The notes under the pieces were generated by a model. The model ran no database searches and had not been told where the DNA came from. It saw only the letters and a program-made list of their open reading frames with translations. The position numbers and the translations under genes are program-made. Of a stretch of DNA of 64,000 nt, positions 28,609 to 37,600 are shown one piece after another. Position 1 is the stretch's first letter. Each line of letters starts with the position of its first letter. The DNA comes from Candidatus Bipolaricaulota bacterium (GTDB lineage: Bacteria > Bipolaricaulota > Bipolaricaulia > UBA7950 > UBA9294), in NCBI GenBank assembly GCA_040752575.1, contig JBFMGK010000027.1, positions 56,016 to 120,015 of the forward strand. The letters are read 5' to 3'.

Positions 28609-29984
28609 TGGCACTCGGGCGGCGCGTGCACTTCATCGGCATTGGCGGCTCGGGCATGAGCGGATTGGCGTCGCTTCTTCTCGCTCAAGGTGCGGAGGTT
28701 AGCGGCTCCGATCTCCAGCAGAACGCAGAGACGGAGAGACTGCGCTCCTTTGGCGCCGTCGTGCGACGGGGCCACGCCGCGGCGTGGTTACCCGAGGACG
28801 TTGACACCGTCGTGGTGTCGTCGGCCATACCCGGTGACAACGTGGAGGTGCAGGCGGCCTTCGAGCGCCGGACTCCTATCCTGCGAAGGCTTCATGCGCT
28901 TGGGGCCGTCATGGACGGTTACGAGAGCGTTGGCGTTGCCGGAACCCACGGCAAAAGCACAACGACGGCGATGACTGCGACGCTGTTCCGCGAACTGGGA
29001 ATGGACCCAAGTTTCCTTGTAGGAGCGCACTGCCCGAACCTTGGCGGCAATGCACACCTTGGCGGCGGTGCGTGGTTCGTGGCCGAGATCGACGAGAGCG
29101 ACGGGCTGTTCACGTCCTTGCGCCCGACGATCGGCGTGCTCACGAACGTCGGACGGGATCATCTGCAGACCTATCGGAGCGTCGAGGCGATGGAGGACGC
29201 CTTCCTCAGGTACATCCATGGGGTCCAGAAGGCCGTCCTGTCGATCGACGACCCGAGGGTTCGGGCGATCGCTGGAGACGTCCGCAACGCGCTGACGGTC
29301 GGTCTTGAGCCGGATGCGGCGCTGCGCGCCGAACGTCTTCTGCAGGATCGTTTCCACACGTCGTTCGACCTCCGTCTGCAAGGTGACGTGCTCGGCCGTT
29401 ATGAGATCGCTGCTCCCGGGGTTCACAACGTGCGCAATGCGCTGTGCGCTCTGGGAGCCGTGATCCAGGCGGGCGCCGATCCGAAGAGGGCTGCGGCGTC
29501 GCTTCCCGCCCTCGCCCTTCCGCACCGGCGCTTCGAGGTCCTCGAGGAGAACGGCGTGACGGTTGTCGATGACTTCGCCCACACGCCGGAGGAGGTTGAA
29601 GCGACGCTGCGTGCGATTCGCGCCGGATGGGCCGGGCGCCGGATCGTGGCGATCTTCCAGCCGCACCGCTACACGCGGACACGGATCCTCGGTCCAGCCT
29701 TCGGGCGATCGTTTGCCGATGCCGACGTGGTCGTCGTGACCGACATCTATTCCGCCTCCGAAGCTCCTCTTCAGAACGTCACGCAGGAAGGCATTGTGGA
29801 TTCGATCACGGCGCAGGCCGGCGTCTCGGCCTACTCGATCCCCCACAAGAGGGATGTGACAGAGTTTCTCAAGGGGAATATTCGACGCGGGGACTTCATC
29901 CTGAGCATTGGAGCGGGCGACATCTGGACGGTGACGGAAGACCTGGCACAGTTCCTGAAAGAAGGGAGCTTCTGCGTGGCATGA
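28608..29984 (+). CDS. murC: UDP-N-acetylmuramate--L-alanine ligase
   Basis: HFIGIGGSGMS; GTHGKSTTT; EIDESDG; DDFAHTP; FQPHRYTRT. Confidence 0.96.
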   Translation: MALGRRVHFIGIGGSGMSGLASLLLAQGAEVSGSDLQQNAETERLRSFGAVVRRGHAAAWLPEDVDTVVVSSAIPGDNVEVQAAFERRTPILRRLHALGAVMDGYESVGVAGTHGKSTTTAMTATLFRELGMDPSFLVGAHCPNLGGNAHLGGGAWFVAEIDESDGLFTSLRPTIGVLTNVGRDHLQTYRSVEAMEDAFLRYIHGVQKAVLSIDDPRVRAIAGDVRNALTVGLEPDAALRAERLLQDRFHTSFDLRLQGDVLGRYEIAAPGVHNVRNALCALGAVIQAGADPKRAAASLPALALPHRRFEVLEENGVTVVDDFAHTPEEVEATLRAIRAGWAGRRIVAIFQPHRYTRTRILGPAFGRSFADADVVVVTDIYSASEAPLQNVTQEGIVDSITAQAGVSAYSIPHKRDVTEFLKGNIRRGDFILSIGAGDIWTVTEDLAQFLKEGSFCVA

Positions 29985-30868
29985 ATCGCGCGTCCGTCCT
30001 CTACGTTGCCGAGCACAAACCGGATGACTGTCGGCGTGGCGAGCTTCTATCGCGCCACACGACCTTCCGCGTCGGCGGTCGGGCCGACATCTTCCACGCT
30101 CCTGGGTCCATCGAGGGACTTGTGGGGGCCGTCGAACTCTGTCGCCACTTAGGTCTTCGCTCTCTCGTATTGGGAGGCGGGTCGAATCTGCTGTTCTCGG
30201 ATCGGGGATTCCGGGGCGTCATCCTCTCGACCCGGAACCTGGATGCGATGACGGAGACGTCTAACGGATGGAGAGTTGAGGCTGGAACTCCGCTGTCGCG
30301 GGTGGTCTCGGTCGCGGAAGCGCGGGGCACCCACGCGCTGTCGTTTCTCGTGGGGATTCCGGGTACCGTAGGGGGAGCCGCCGTCATGAACGCCGGGATT
30401 CGCGGGACAAGCATTGCGAGCGTTCTAGAGCGCGTGGAGATCCTGGATCGTACGGGAGGCGTACGTACCCTCACGTCAGCGGAGTGCGGATTCCGCTATC
30501 GCGGCAGCCGGATGCTGGAGAAAGGGGAGACGGTTCTCGCCGTGCATGTCCGCGCAGACGGCCCCGCGTTCGACGGGCGGGCGATGCTCGCTCGGAAGCA
30601 GGCAACGCAGCCCCTCTCCCTGCCGAGTGCCGGATGCGTGTTCAAGAACCCGGAGGGGCATGCTGCCGGAGCGCTGATTGAGAACAGCGGGTTAAAGGGA
30701 TACCGAGTAGGGGACGCGATGATATCCGAGAAACACGCGAACTTCATAGTGAACCTGGGTGGGGCGTCGAGCGCTGAGATCTGCAAGCTAATTGACATTG
30801 TGCGTCAAAAGGTGTATAACACATTCCACGTCAGGCTCGACCTTGAGATAGGGGTCATCGACGGGTGA
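29981..30868 (+). CDS. murB: UDP-N-acetylenolpyruvoylglucosamine reductase
   Basis: HTTFRVGG; LGGGSNLL; GIPGTVGGA..MNAG; SAGCVFKNP; KHANFIVN. Confidence 0.95.
   Translation: MNRASVLYVAEHKPDDCRRGELLSRHTTFRVGGRADIFHAPGSIEGLVGAVELCRHLGLRSLVLGGGSNLLFSDRGFRGVILSTRNLDAMTETSNGWRVEAGTPLSRVVSVAEARGTHALSFLVGIPGTVGGAAVMNAGIRGTSIASVLERVEILDRTGGVRTLTSAECGFRYRGSRMLEKGETVLAVHVRADGPAFDGRAMLARKQATQPLSLPSAGCVFKNPEGHAAGALIENSGLKGYRVGDAMISEKHANFIVNLGGASSAEICKLIDIVRQKVYNTFHVRLDLEIGVIDG
30792..30820 (+). promoter_or_regulatory. Internal sigma70-type promoter in the 3' end of murB, likely for ftsQAZ
   Basis: TTGACA-N17-TATAAC in an unusually AT-rich stretch 45 nt before ftsQ. Confidence 0.6.
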
Positions 30869-31596
30869 AGGAGGGGAAAAGCAGGGTCAAAGCTGCTTTC
30901 TGGCTGCTCGGCGTGGGGGGGGTTCTTATCACTGCTGCCATCATCGCCCTATACACACCATGGTTGCCCATCTTTGATCTACGCCAGGTGTCCATCTCGG
31001 GAAATCGCGAGATCCCTACGCTCGACATTGCCAGAGCCTCTCAGCTTCGGAGGGGTGTTCCCGTTGCCGGGGTCGCACTCTCCGCAGTCCGCGCGAGGAT
31101 CGAATCGCTTCCGTGGGTTCAACGTGCGCGCGTGCAGCGTGCATTTCCACACCAGATAGCGATCCACATCAAAGAGCGCGCGGCGATTGCCAAGATTACG
31201 CAGACAAGTGGGGCTTGCTTGTTGGTCGGAGAAGGTGGGGTCATTGTGGCGACGGAATGCGCGGGACGCGATGTGCCCGCGGTCCGGGGCGTGGAGGTTT
31301 CGAGCGGCGAGGCGGGGGCTAGGGTGACAACCCCCGGAGCTGCCGCTTTCCTCGATGCTCTGAGCGCTGCGCAGCTTCCGGGGCTGGTCGTCAGTCGTGT
31401 GGATCTCCTCGGGGACCTGTCCGTCGAGGTTCACGCGTCCTCAGGGTGCGTCGTTCGCTTCGGCCCGCTGCGTGAAGCGGCGGACAGGGTACGGTATCTT
31501 GAGGCCGTATGCCTCGCCGTGGACGCGGACGAGTACCTGACCATCGACCTCCGGTTCGGGGGGGAGGCGACGCTGGTGCCTCGGGTAAGGCGGTGA
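30865..31596 (+). CDS. ftsQ: Cell division protein FtsQ/DivIB
   Basis: N-terminal TM, POTRA (ISGNRE..LPWV..V.R.FP..I.I.ER), C-terminal IDLRF; sits between murB and ftsA. Confidence 0.88.
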   Translation: MKEGKSRVKAAFWLLGVGGVLITAAIIALYTPWLPIFDLRQVSISGNREIPTLDIARASQLRRGVPVAGVALSAVRARIESLPWVQRARVQRAFPHQIAIHIKERAAIAKITQTSGACLLVGEGGVIVATECAGRDVPAVRGVEVSSGEAGARVTTPGAAAFLDALSAAQLPGLVVSRVDLLGDLSVEVHASSGCVVRFGPLREAADRVRYLEAVCLAVDADEYLTIDLRFGGEATLVPRVRR

Positions 31597-31599
31597 GGG

Positions 31600-32847
31600 A
31601 TGAGGAAAGAGCGAGTCGTCGTCGGGCTTGACGTCGGGACCACGAAAGTCGTCGCGATCGTGGGGAACCTCGTCAACGGGACGATTGAAGTCATCGGGAT
31701 GGGTAAGGCCGAGTCCCACGGACTCGAGAAAGGTGTCGTCGTCGACATCGGACGGACCATCACGTCGATTCGGAAGGCCGTCGAAGAGGCCGAGAACATG
31801 GCCGACGTGAAGATCGACTCGGTCTACGTGGGCATCGCCGGCAAGCACATCACATCGATCAACAACAGCGGCACGGTGTCCATCAATCGGCCGGATCGGA
31901 TCATCACCGAGGACGACGTGCGCCGCGTCGTGGATACGGCGCAGGCGATCCAAGTGCCGCCCGAGAGCGAGATGATCCACGTCATTCCGCGGCAGTACAT
32001 CGTCGACGGGCAGGACGGAATCACCGACCCGGTCGGCATGACGGGCACACGGCTCGAGGTGGATGTGCACATCGTCACCGGTGCGATCACCGCGGTGCAC
32101 AACCTCGTGCGGTGCGTGGAGAGCCTGGGCATCGGCATCAACCAGATCGTGCTCGAGCCGATTGCGTCGTCGCTCGCCGTCTTGTCCTCGGCGGAGAAAG
32201 AGCTGGGCGTCGTACTGATGGACATCGGCGGCGGGACGACCGACATCAGCGTCTTCCGCGGCGGCGACATCTGGTTCTCGAAGGTCATCCCCATCGCGGG
32301 GGAGCACATCACGAACGACATCACGGTCGGGCTTCAAACGCCAATCGAGGAAGCCGAACTCGTGAAGAAGCAGCACGGGACCGCGCTCGTCGACAGCGTC
32401 GGCGAGGAAGAGAAGATCGAGGTCGCGACGATCGGCGGAGACGAGAAGAAGACCGTCTCGAAGAAGAAGCTTGCGAAGATCATTGAACCGCGCGTCGAAG
32501 AACTCTTGGACCTCGCGATGCAGGAGGTCGAGGACGCCGGCTATCGTGACCTGATTCCGGCCGGCCTTGTCCTGACAGGAGGGACGTCCCTCCTGAACGG
32601 CATCACTGAGTTCGCGGCGCAGCGCTACGACTTGCCCGTGCGCCGAGGGAAGATCCCGCAAGGGATCCACGGGCTGCGCGACATTGTGGAGTCGCCTATC
32701 TATGCGACGGCGATCGGCCTTCTGCGGTACGCCGTCGAGACGAAGGACTTCAAGAAGCCGGAGTATGTCCAGCGTCGGCGGGGGGCCACGTCCGGGTCGG
32801 TCCTCGGGAAGCTCGTCGCATGGCTCAATCGATTCTTCCGAGGATGA
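31600..32847 (+). CDS. ftsA: Cell division protein FtsA
   Basis: [25 protein letters not shown]-terminal amphipathic helix WLNRFF. Confidence 0.97.
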   Translation: MRKERVVVGLDVGTTKVVAIVGNLVNGTIEVIGMGKAESHGLEKGVVVDIGRTITSIRKAVEEAENMADVKIDSVYVGIAGKHITSINNSGTVSINRPDRIITEDDVRRVVDTAQAIQVPPESEMIHVIPRQYIVDGQDGITDPVGMTGTRLEVDVHIVTGAITAVHNLVRCVESLGIGINQIVLEPIASSLAVLSSAEKELGVVLMDIGGGTTDISVFRGGDIWFSKVIPIAGEHITNDITVGLQTPIEEAELVKKQHGTALVDSVGEEEKIEVATIGGDEKKTVSKKKLAKIIEPRVEELLDLAMQEVEDAGYRDLIPAGLVLTGGTSLLNGITEFAAQRYDLPVRRGKIPQGIHGLRDIVESPIYATAIGLLRYAVETKDFKKPEYVQRRRGATSGSVLGKLVAWLNRFFRG

Positions 32848-32850
32848 GCC

Positions 32851-34017
32851 ATGGCTGAACAGACGAACTTCACCCCACCTGCACGACTGATGGTCGTCGG
32901 CGTAGGCGGGGGCGGCGGGAACGTCGTGGACCGGATGTTCGACACGCGGGTCCAAGGCGTTGATCTGGTCGTTGTCAACACGGACGCGCAGGTTCTCGAG
33001 GTCGTCCGCGCGCACCAGACGCTGCAGATCGGCAGGAAGCTCACACATGGCCTCGGCGCCGGCGGGAACCCGGAGATTGGCAAGCTCGCCGCCGAGGAGA
33101 GTCGAGAAGAGGTCATCGACCTCCTCCACGGTGTCGACATGGTCTTCATCACGGCGGGCATGGGCGGCGGCACCGGAACCGGAGCCGCGCCGGTGATCGC
33201 CGGTTTGGCCAAGGAAGCGGGAATCCTGACGACGGCCATCGTCACGCGACCGTTCAGCTTCGAGGGTCTGGCGCGCAGTCAACGGGCGGAGGAAGGTCTG
33301 GCGCGTCTGTCGCAGGTCGTTGACGCGCTGATCTGCATTTCCAACGACAAGCTGCTGAAGGTCGCATCGGCCGACACGCCGATCACGCAGGCGTTCGAGA
33401 TGGCGGACGAAGTGCTGCGCAAGGGGGTCGAAGGCATCTCTGATCTCATCACGGTTCCCGGCATGATCAACCTCGACTTCGCGGATGTCGAGAGCGTCAT
33501 GCGCGACGCGGGGACGGCGATGATGGGCATTGGGGAAGGCCAGGGTGAGGGCAAGACCAAAGAGGCGGCGCGCAATGCGATCTCGTCGCCGCTGCTCGAC
33601 GGTTCGATCCACGGCGCGCGGAAGGTCATCATGAACATCACCGGTGGCGCCGATCTCACGCTGGAAGAGGTCACCCAGGCGGCGTCGTTGATACGCGAGG
33701 CCGTGTCCGAGAAGGCCGACATCATCTTCGGGACCGCGATTCGCGATGGAATGGAGAAGGTGCGGCTGACGGTGATTGCGACGGGCTTCGCTGCCGCCTA
33801 CGAGGGCGACGAGGAAGAGAGCCCGCCGGTCGCGCATCAGACCATGCTGACGAAGATGGAGCAGGAGAGCCGCGTCGGCGCGAGCGACTTCGATATTCCC
33901 ACGTTCCTGCGCCGGTCGCGCAAGTCAAAGGATGAAGAGGAGCCGCGTCCGCCGTGGGGCGATCGCCCGCGGGCGGAGTCGCGTCGCGAGATCGAGCGAG
34001 ACCGACGTCGAAGATAG
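32851..34017 (+). CDS. ftsZ: Cell division protein FtsZ
   Basis: [31 protein letters not shown]. Confidence 0.98.
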   Translation: MAEQTNFTPPARLMVVGVGGGGGNVVDRMFDTRVQGVDLVVVNTDAQVLEVVRAHQTLQIGRKLTHGLGAGGNPEIGKLAAEESREEVIDLLHGVDMVFITAGMGGGTGTGAAPVIAGLAKEAGILTTAIVTRPFSFEGLARSQRAEEGLARLSQVVDALICISNDKLLKVASADTPITQAFEMADEVLRKGVEGISDLITVPGMINLDFADVESVMRDAGTAMMGIGEGQGEGKTKEAARNAISSPLLDGSIHGARKVIMNITGGADLTLEEVTQAASLIREAVSEKADIIFGTAIRDGMEKVRLTVIATGFAAAYEGDEEESPPVAHQTMLTKMEQESRVGASDFDIPTFLRRSRKSKDEEEPRPPWGDRPRAESRREIERDRRRR

Positions 34018-34045
34018 CCTCCTTGTTGGCGAAGGGCGTGAAATG

Positions 34046-34078
34046 GCGCAGCCCCTCCTTCGGGAGGGGCTGCGCTTT
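34046..34078 (+). terminator. Rho-independent terminator after ftsZ
   Basis: Perfect 13-bp stem GCGCAGCCCCTCC/GGAGGGGCTGCGC, TTCG loop, then TTT. Confidence 0.8.
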
Positions 34079-34204
34079 GTCGCCTGCCGCGGGTAGCACA
34101 GGGGAGGATCGTGAACTCAGGCCGAGCTCTGCGCGGCTGGGGAGTCCGCCAGTCTGGGCGTTGCGGACTCCGTGGGTACAACGCGACATCCGACACCAAA
34201 CGAC

Positions 34205-34225
34205 AAGGGGCCCTGAAGGGGCCCC
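34205..34225 (-). terminator. GC-rich hairpin downstream of tRNA-Leu (probable terminator)
   Basis: Minus strand GGGGCCC-CTTCA-GGGCCCC followed by TTGTCGTTT. Confidence 0.55.
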
Positions 34226-34233
34226 ACGTCTTC

Positions 34234-34322
34234 TGGTACCAGAGGAGGGGATCGAACCCACACGTCCCTCACGGGACACGGGATTTTGAGTCCCGCGCGT
34301 CTGCCAGTTCCGCCACTCTGGC
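34234..34322 (-). tRNA. tRNA-Leu(CAA)
   Basis: GCCAGAGTGGCGGAACTGGCAGACGCGCGGGACTCAAAATCCCG, long variable arm, GGTTCGATCCC, encoded CCA. Confidence 0.96.
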
Positions 34323-34330
34323 ACGGTCCC

Positions 34331-34359
34331 ATGGTAGGCTGTGCCTTGCGACGCGTCAA
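34331..34359 (-). promoter_or_regulatory. sigma70 promoter of tRNA-Leu
   Basis: Minus strand TTGACG-N17-TACCAT, 8 nt upstream of the tRNA 5' end. Confidence 0.7.
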
Positions 34360-34394
34360 CATCCGCGGCGAGAACGCAAGAACCCGGCGCCAAA

Positions 34395-34436
34395 GTGATG
34401 CGCATCACCGAACGGCCCGCCGTCGTGCCCTATAAT
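34395..34436 (+). promoter_or_regulatory. Promoter of the giant surface-protein operon with CRP/FNR-family palindrome
   Basis: Perfect palindrome GTGATGCGCATCAC (34395-34408); consensus -10 TATAAT (34431-34436); no recognisable -35. Confidence 0.6.
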
Positions 34437-34603
34437 GGGTTCGGATGCCTCCGTGATTGGGTTCCCGGCTTGCTGATCAGGATTCCGTGCGATCCTTCGC
34501 GCGGGGAACCGAATCTGGTAGAATCCACGGGGAGCGGGCCGATCGGCGAGGTGCCCGTTCAGGCAGGGGAGTGCGGCAAGGGCTGTCGGCGAGGAGGGAG
34601 CCA

Positions 34604-37600
34604 ATGGTTCGACGGGGCGTTGGGCTGGGTTGGATCTTGCTTTCCGTGTGCCTCTTCTCGCTGGTGGCGGGGGCTACGTGCACGACGATCGGGGTGGCTC
34701 CGCAGGACGACGATAGCCACGAGGGCCTCTCGTGGGACAACGGTATGGGCGGGCGCGTGGCGGAGGATGGTGAATGGGCCAGCACGGATCTGAACGGCGA
34801 CGAACACGAGTTCGACGACTACCCGTTCACGGGGCTCCTTCCCATCGGAGCCATAATCACCGGGTTCGAAGTGAGGATCCGCGGTTTCAGTAGCGGCGGC
34901 CCGGGCTCCGTCCAGGTTGGCCTCTCCTGGGACGGCGGGGGACAGGTCGACAAGCCGGCCGGCGCTTCTCCTTGGACTGTGTCCCTGCCGACCGGCTCTG
35001 GAGCGGATGCGACATGGAATAGCGTCGAGATCGAGAATCCGCCGTTCATCCACGAGTTTGCGCGCGCGGAAGTCTGCGGGGGGAACGAAACATTCACTGT
35101 CTGGGTGAAGGCCAACGTGGGCGGCGACGCGATCTACGTCGACGCCGTTGAAGTGCGCGTGACGTACTACGACGAGACGGTTCCGCCGTTCACGCCGAAC
35201 AACCCCACCCCGTCGAGCAGCAGCCACGTGACGGGCACGTGGTACAACGCGAGCACCCTGCCCGACCCGATGGTGACCGTCGACTGGACGAGTGCCACCG
35301 ACCGGCCGACCTGCGACAGCGGGATCGACGGGTATCGTGCCATCTGGGACACAAGTTCCAGCACGAACCTTGGCGCAAGCGACGGCTTCTTCCTTGATGA
35401 GGAAGGAGTCCACTCCCAGGACTTCTCGCTCGGCAACGGCCAGTACTGGTTCCACATCCGAAGCGTCGACAACGTGGGCAATCTTGCCGATGCAACGTCC
35501 CATCTCGGACCGTTCCGATACGACGACTTGTGGCCGACGAACCCGAACGTCACGAGCACGAAGTCGACCGGCTGGTCGAACACTGCGATCGTGCCGATCG
35601 CGGTGAGCGGCGCGAGCGATACGCTATCGGGGATCGACGGCTTCGCCATCGCGTGGACTCACTCGGGAACGTGGACACCGGATGGGGCGAAGGACCGCGA
35701 GGAGGTCTGGGGTGGCGAGACGTTCACAATGGCTGCCGACGGTCTCTGGTACTTCCACCTGATCGCGGTCGACAACGCCGGCAACTGGGCGGCGGCGGGG
35801 TCGGATGTCGAGACCCTGGGGTGGTTCGGCGTGGACACACACGCCCCGTCCGATCCGACCGCGACCAGCCCAACTCACATCGAGGGCGGGCGATCGAACA
35901 ACCCGAATGTGCAGATCGGTGTGAGTGGCGCGAGCGATCCGACGCACGGCGAGCCGGGGTATGAGATGGCGTCGGGTGTGGACGGATTCTCTGTCGGCTG
36001 GGACCACAATGCCGCCGGAGTGCCTGACGCGACGAAGGACGAGGAACAAGGCTGGCCGGGAACGACGTACAACTTGGCCGACGGCACTTGGTACTTCCAC
36101 CTTCGGACGGTCGACAACGCCGGCAACTGGACGAGCACCGAGACCTTTGGGCCGGTCACCATCGATACGGAAGACCCGACGGTGACGACCGTCGTGGCGA
36201 GCGACACGCTGATCACGGATGCAGATACCCCAGGCAATGCGACGTTCACGATCACGGTGGACTTCTCCGAGCCGATGAACACCGGCATTGCACCGTCGCT
36301 GTCGTTCAATCCGGCGGTCGCGACGACGCTGACTCTGGACCTGACGTCGGGATGGTCGGACTCCGACACGTATGTCGCGCGCTACGACGTCGCGGACGGG
36401 AACGCGCGTCTCTTCGACGTTGCGGTGGACGTGTCCGGCGCGCAAGACGTCGCTGGGAACGAACAGGAGAACTACGCGCCGCAGATTGAGTTTGAAGTGG
36501 ACACGCTGAATCCGACGGTGTCGAGCGTCGTAGCGAGCGACGCGTTGATCTCAGACGCGGACACGCCGGGGGACGCGAGCTTCACGGTTACGATCGACTT
36601 CGACGACGCGATGAATACGGGCGTCGTGCCAACGGTGTCGCTCAATCCAACCGTCGCGTCGACGTTGAGCCTTGACGGGACGTCGGGATGGGCGGACGCC
36701 AACACGTACGTCGCTCGGTACGACACGGCCGACGCGAACGTCGACGTGGATAGCGTGACGGTCGACGTCAGCGGAGTGCGGGACGCCGCCGGGAACGATC
36801 AACAGGACTACACGCCCGTTCACGAGTTTGCGATCGATACGCTCAACCCGACGGTGAGCATCGGGGCCAATGACGTGGCGATCTACGACGGCGACGTTGG
36901 GGTCGACCGGTTCGTGGTGACGGCGACCTACTCGGAGAGCATGGATCCCGCGGTGACGCCGTCGCTGGTCTTCCTCCCGGGGATGGCGACAACGTTCACG
37001 AACCCGAGTGGGGCGTGGAGCGTCGGCAACACCGTCTACACGTGGACATATGACGTCGTTGACGACGGTGCAGCCGTGGCGGACATCGACCTCATGGTGT
37101 CCGGCGCAGCGGACGTTGCGGGAAACACCCAGATCCTATCCGTCCGCTCGGACTACATCGACGTGGACTTGCGGAATCCGACGGTCGTGATTGCCGCGAA
37201 CGATGTGGCGATCTACGACGGTGACGTTGGGGTCGACCGGTTTGCCGTGACGGCGACGTTCTCCGAAGCGATGAATCCGGCGGTCGTGCCGACGCTGACG
37301 TTTACGCCGGCGGTCGCGACGACGTTGACGAACCCGAGTGGGGCGTGGAGCGTCGGCAACACTGTCTACACGTGGACGTACGACGTGTCCGACGCGGGCG
37401 TGACCGTGGCGGATGTGGACGTGACAACCTCCGGCGGACAGGACGTAGCGGGCAATGTCCAGGTCTCGAACACGAACACGGACTATGTGGACATCGATAC
37501 GCAGAATCCCACGGTGGCGAGCGTTGTGGCGAGCGATACGCTGATCACGGACGCGGATACGCCAGGCGACGCGACGTTCACGATCACGGTCGACTTCTCC

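Noticed and set aside
31441..33837. 798-aa minus-strand ORF opposite ftsA/ftsZ, and similar long antisense ORFs (e.g. 37136..39418, 20042..21730, 13020..14441, 6161..7930)
   Set aside because: Shadow ORFs from GC-rich codon bias; no recognisable motifs, and they overlap well-supported genes.
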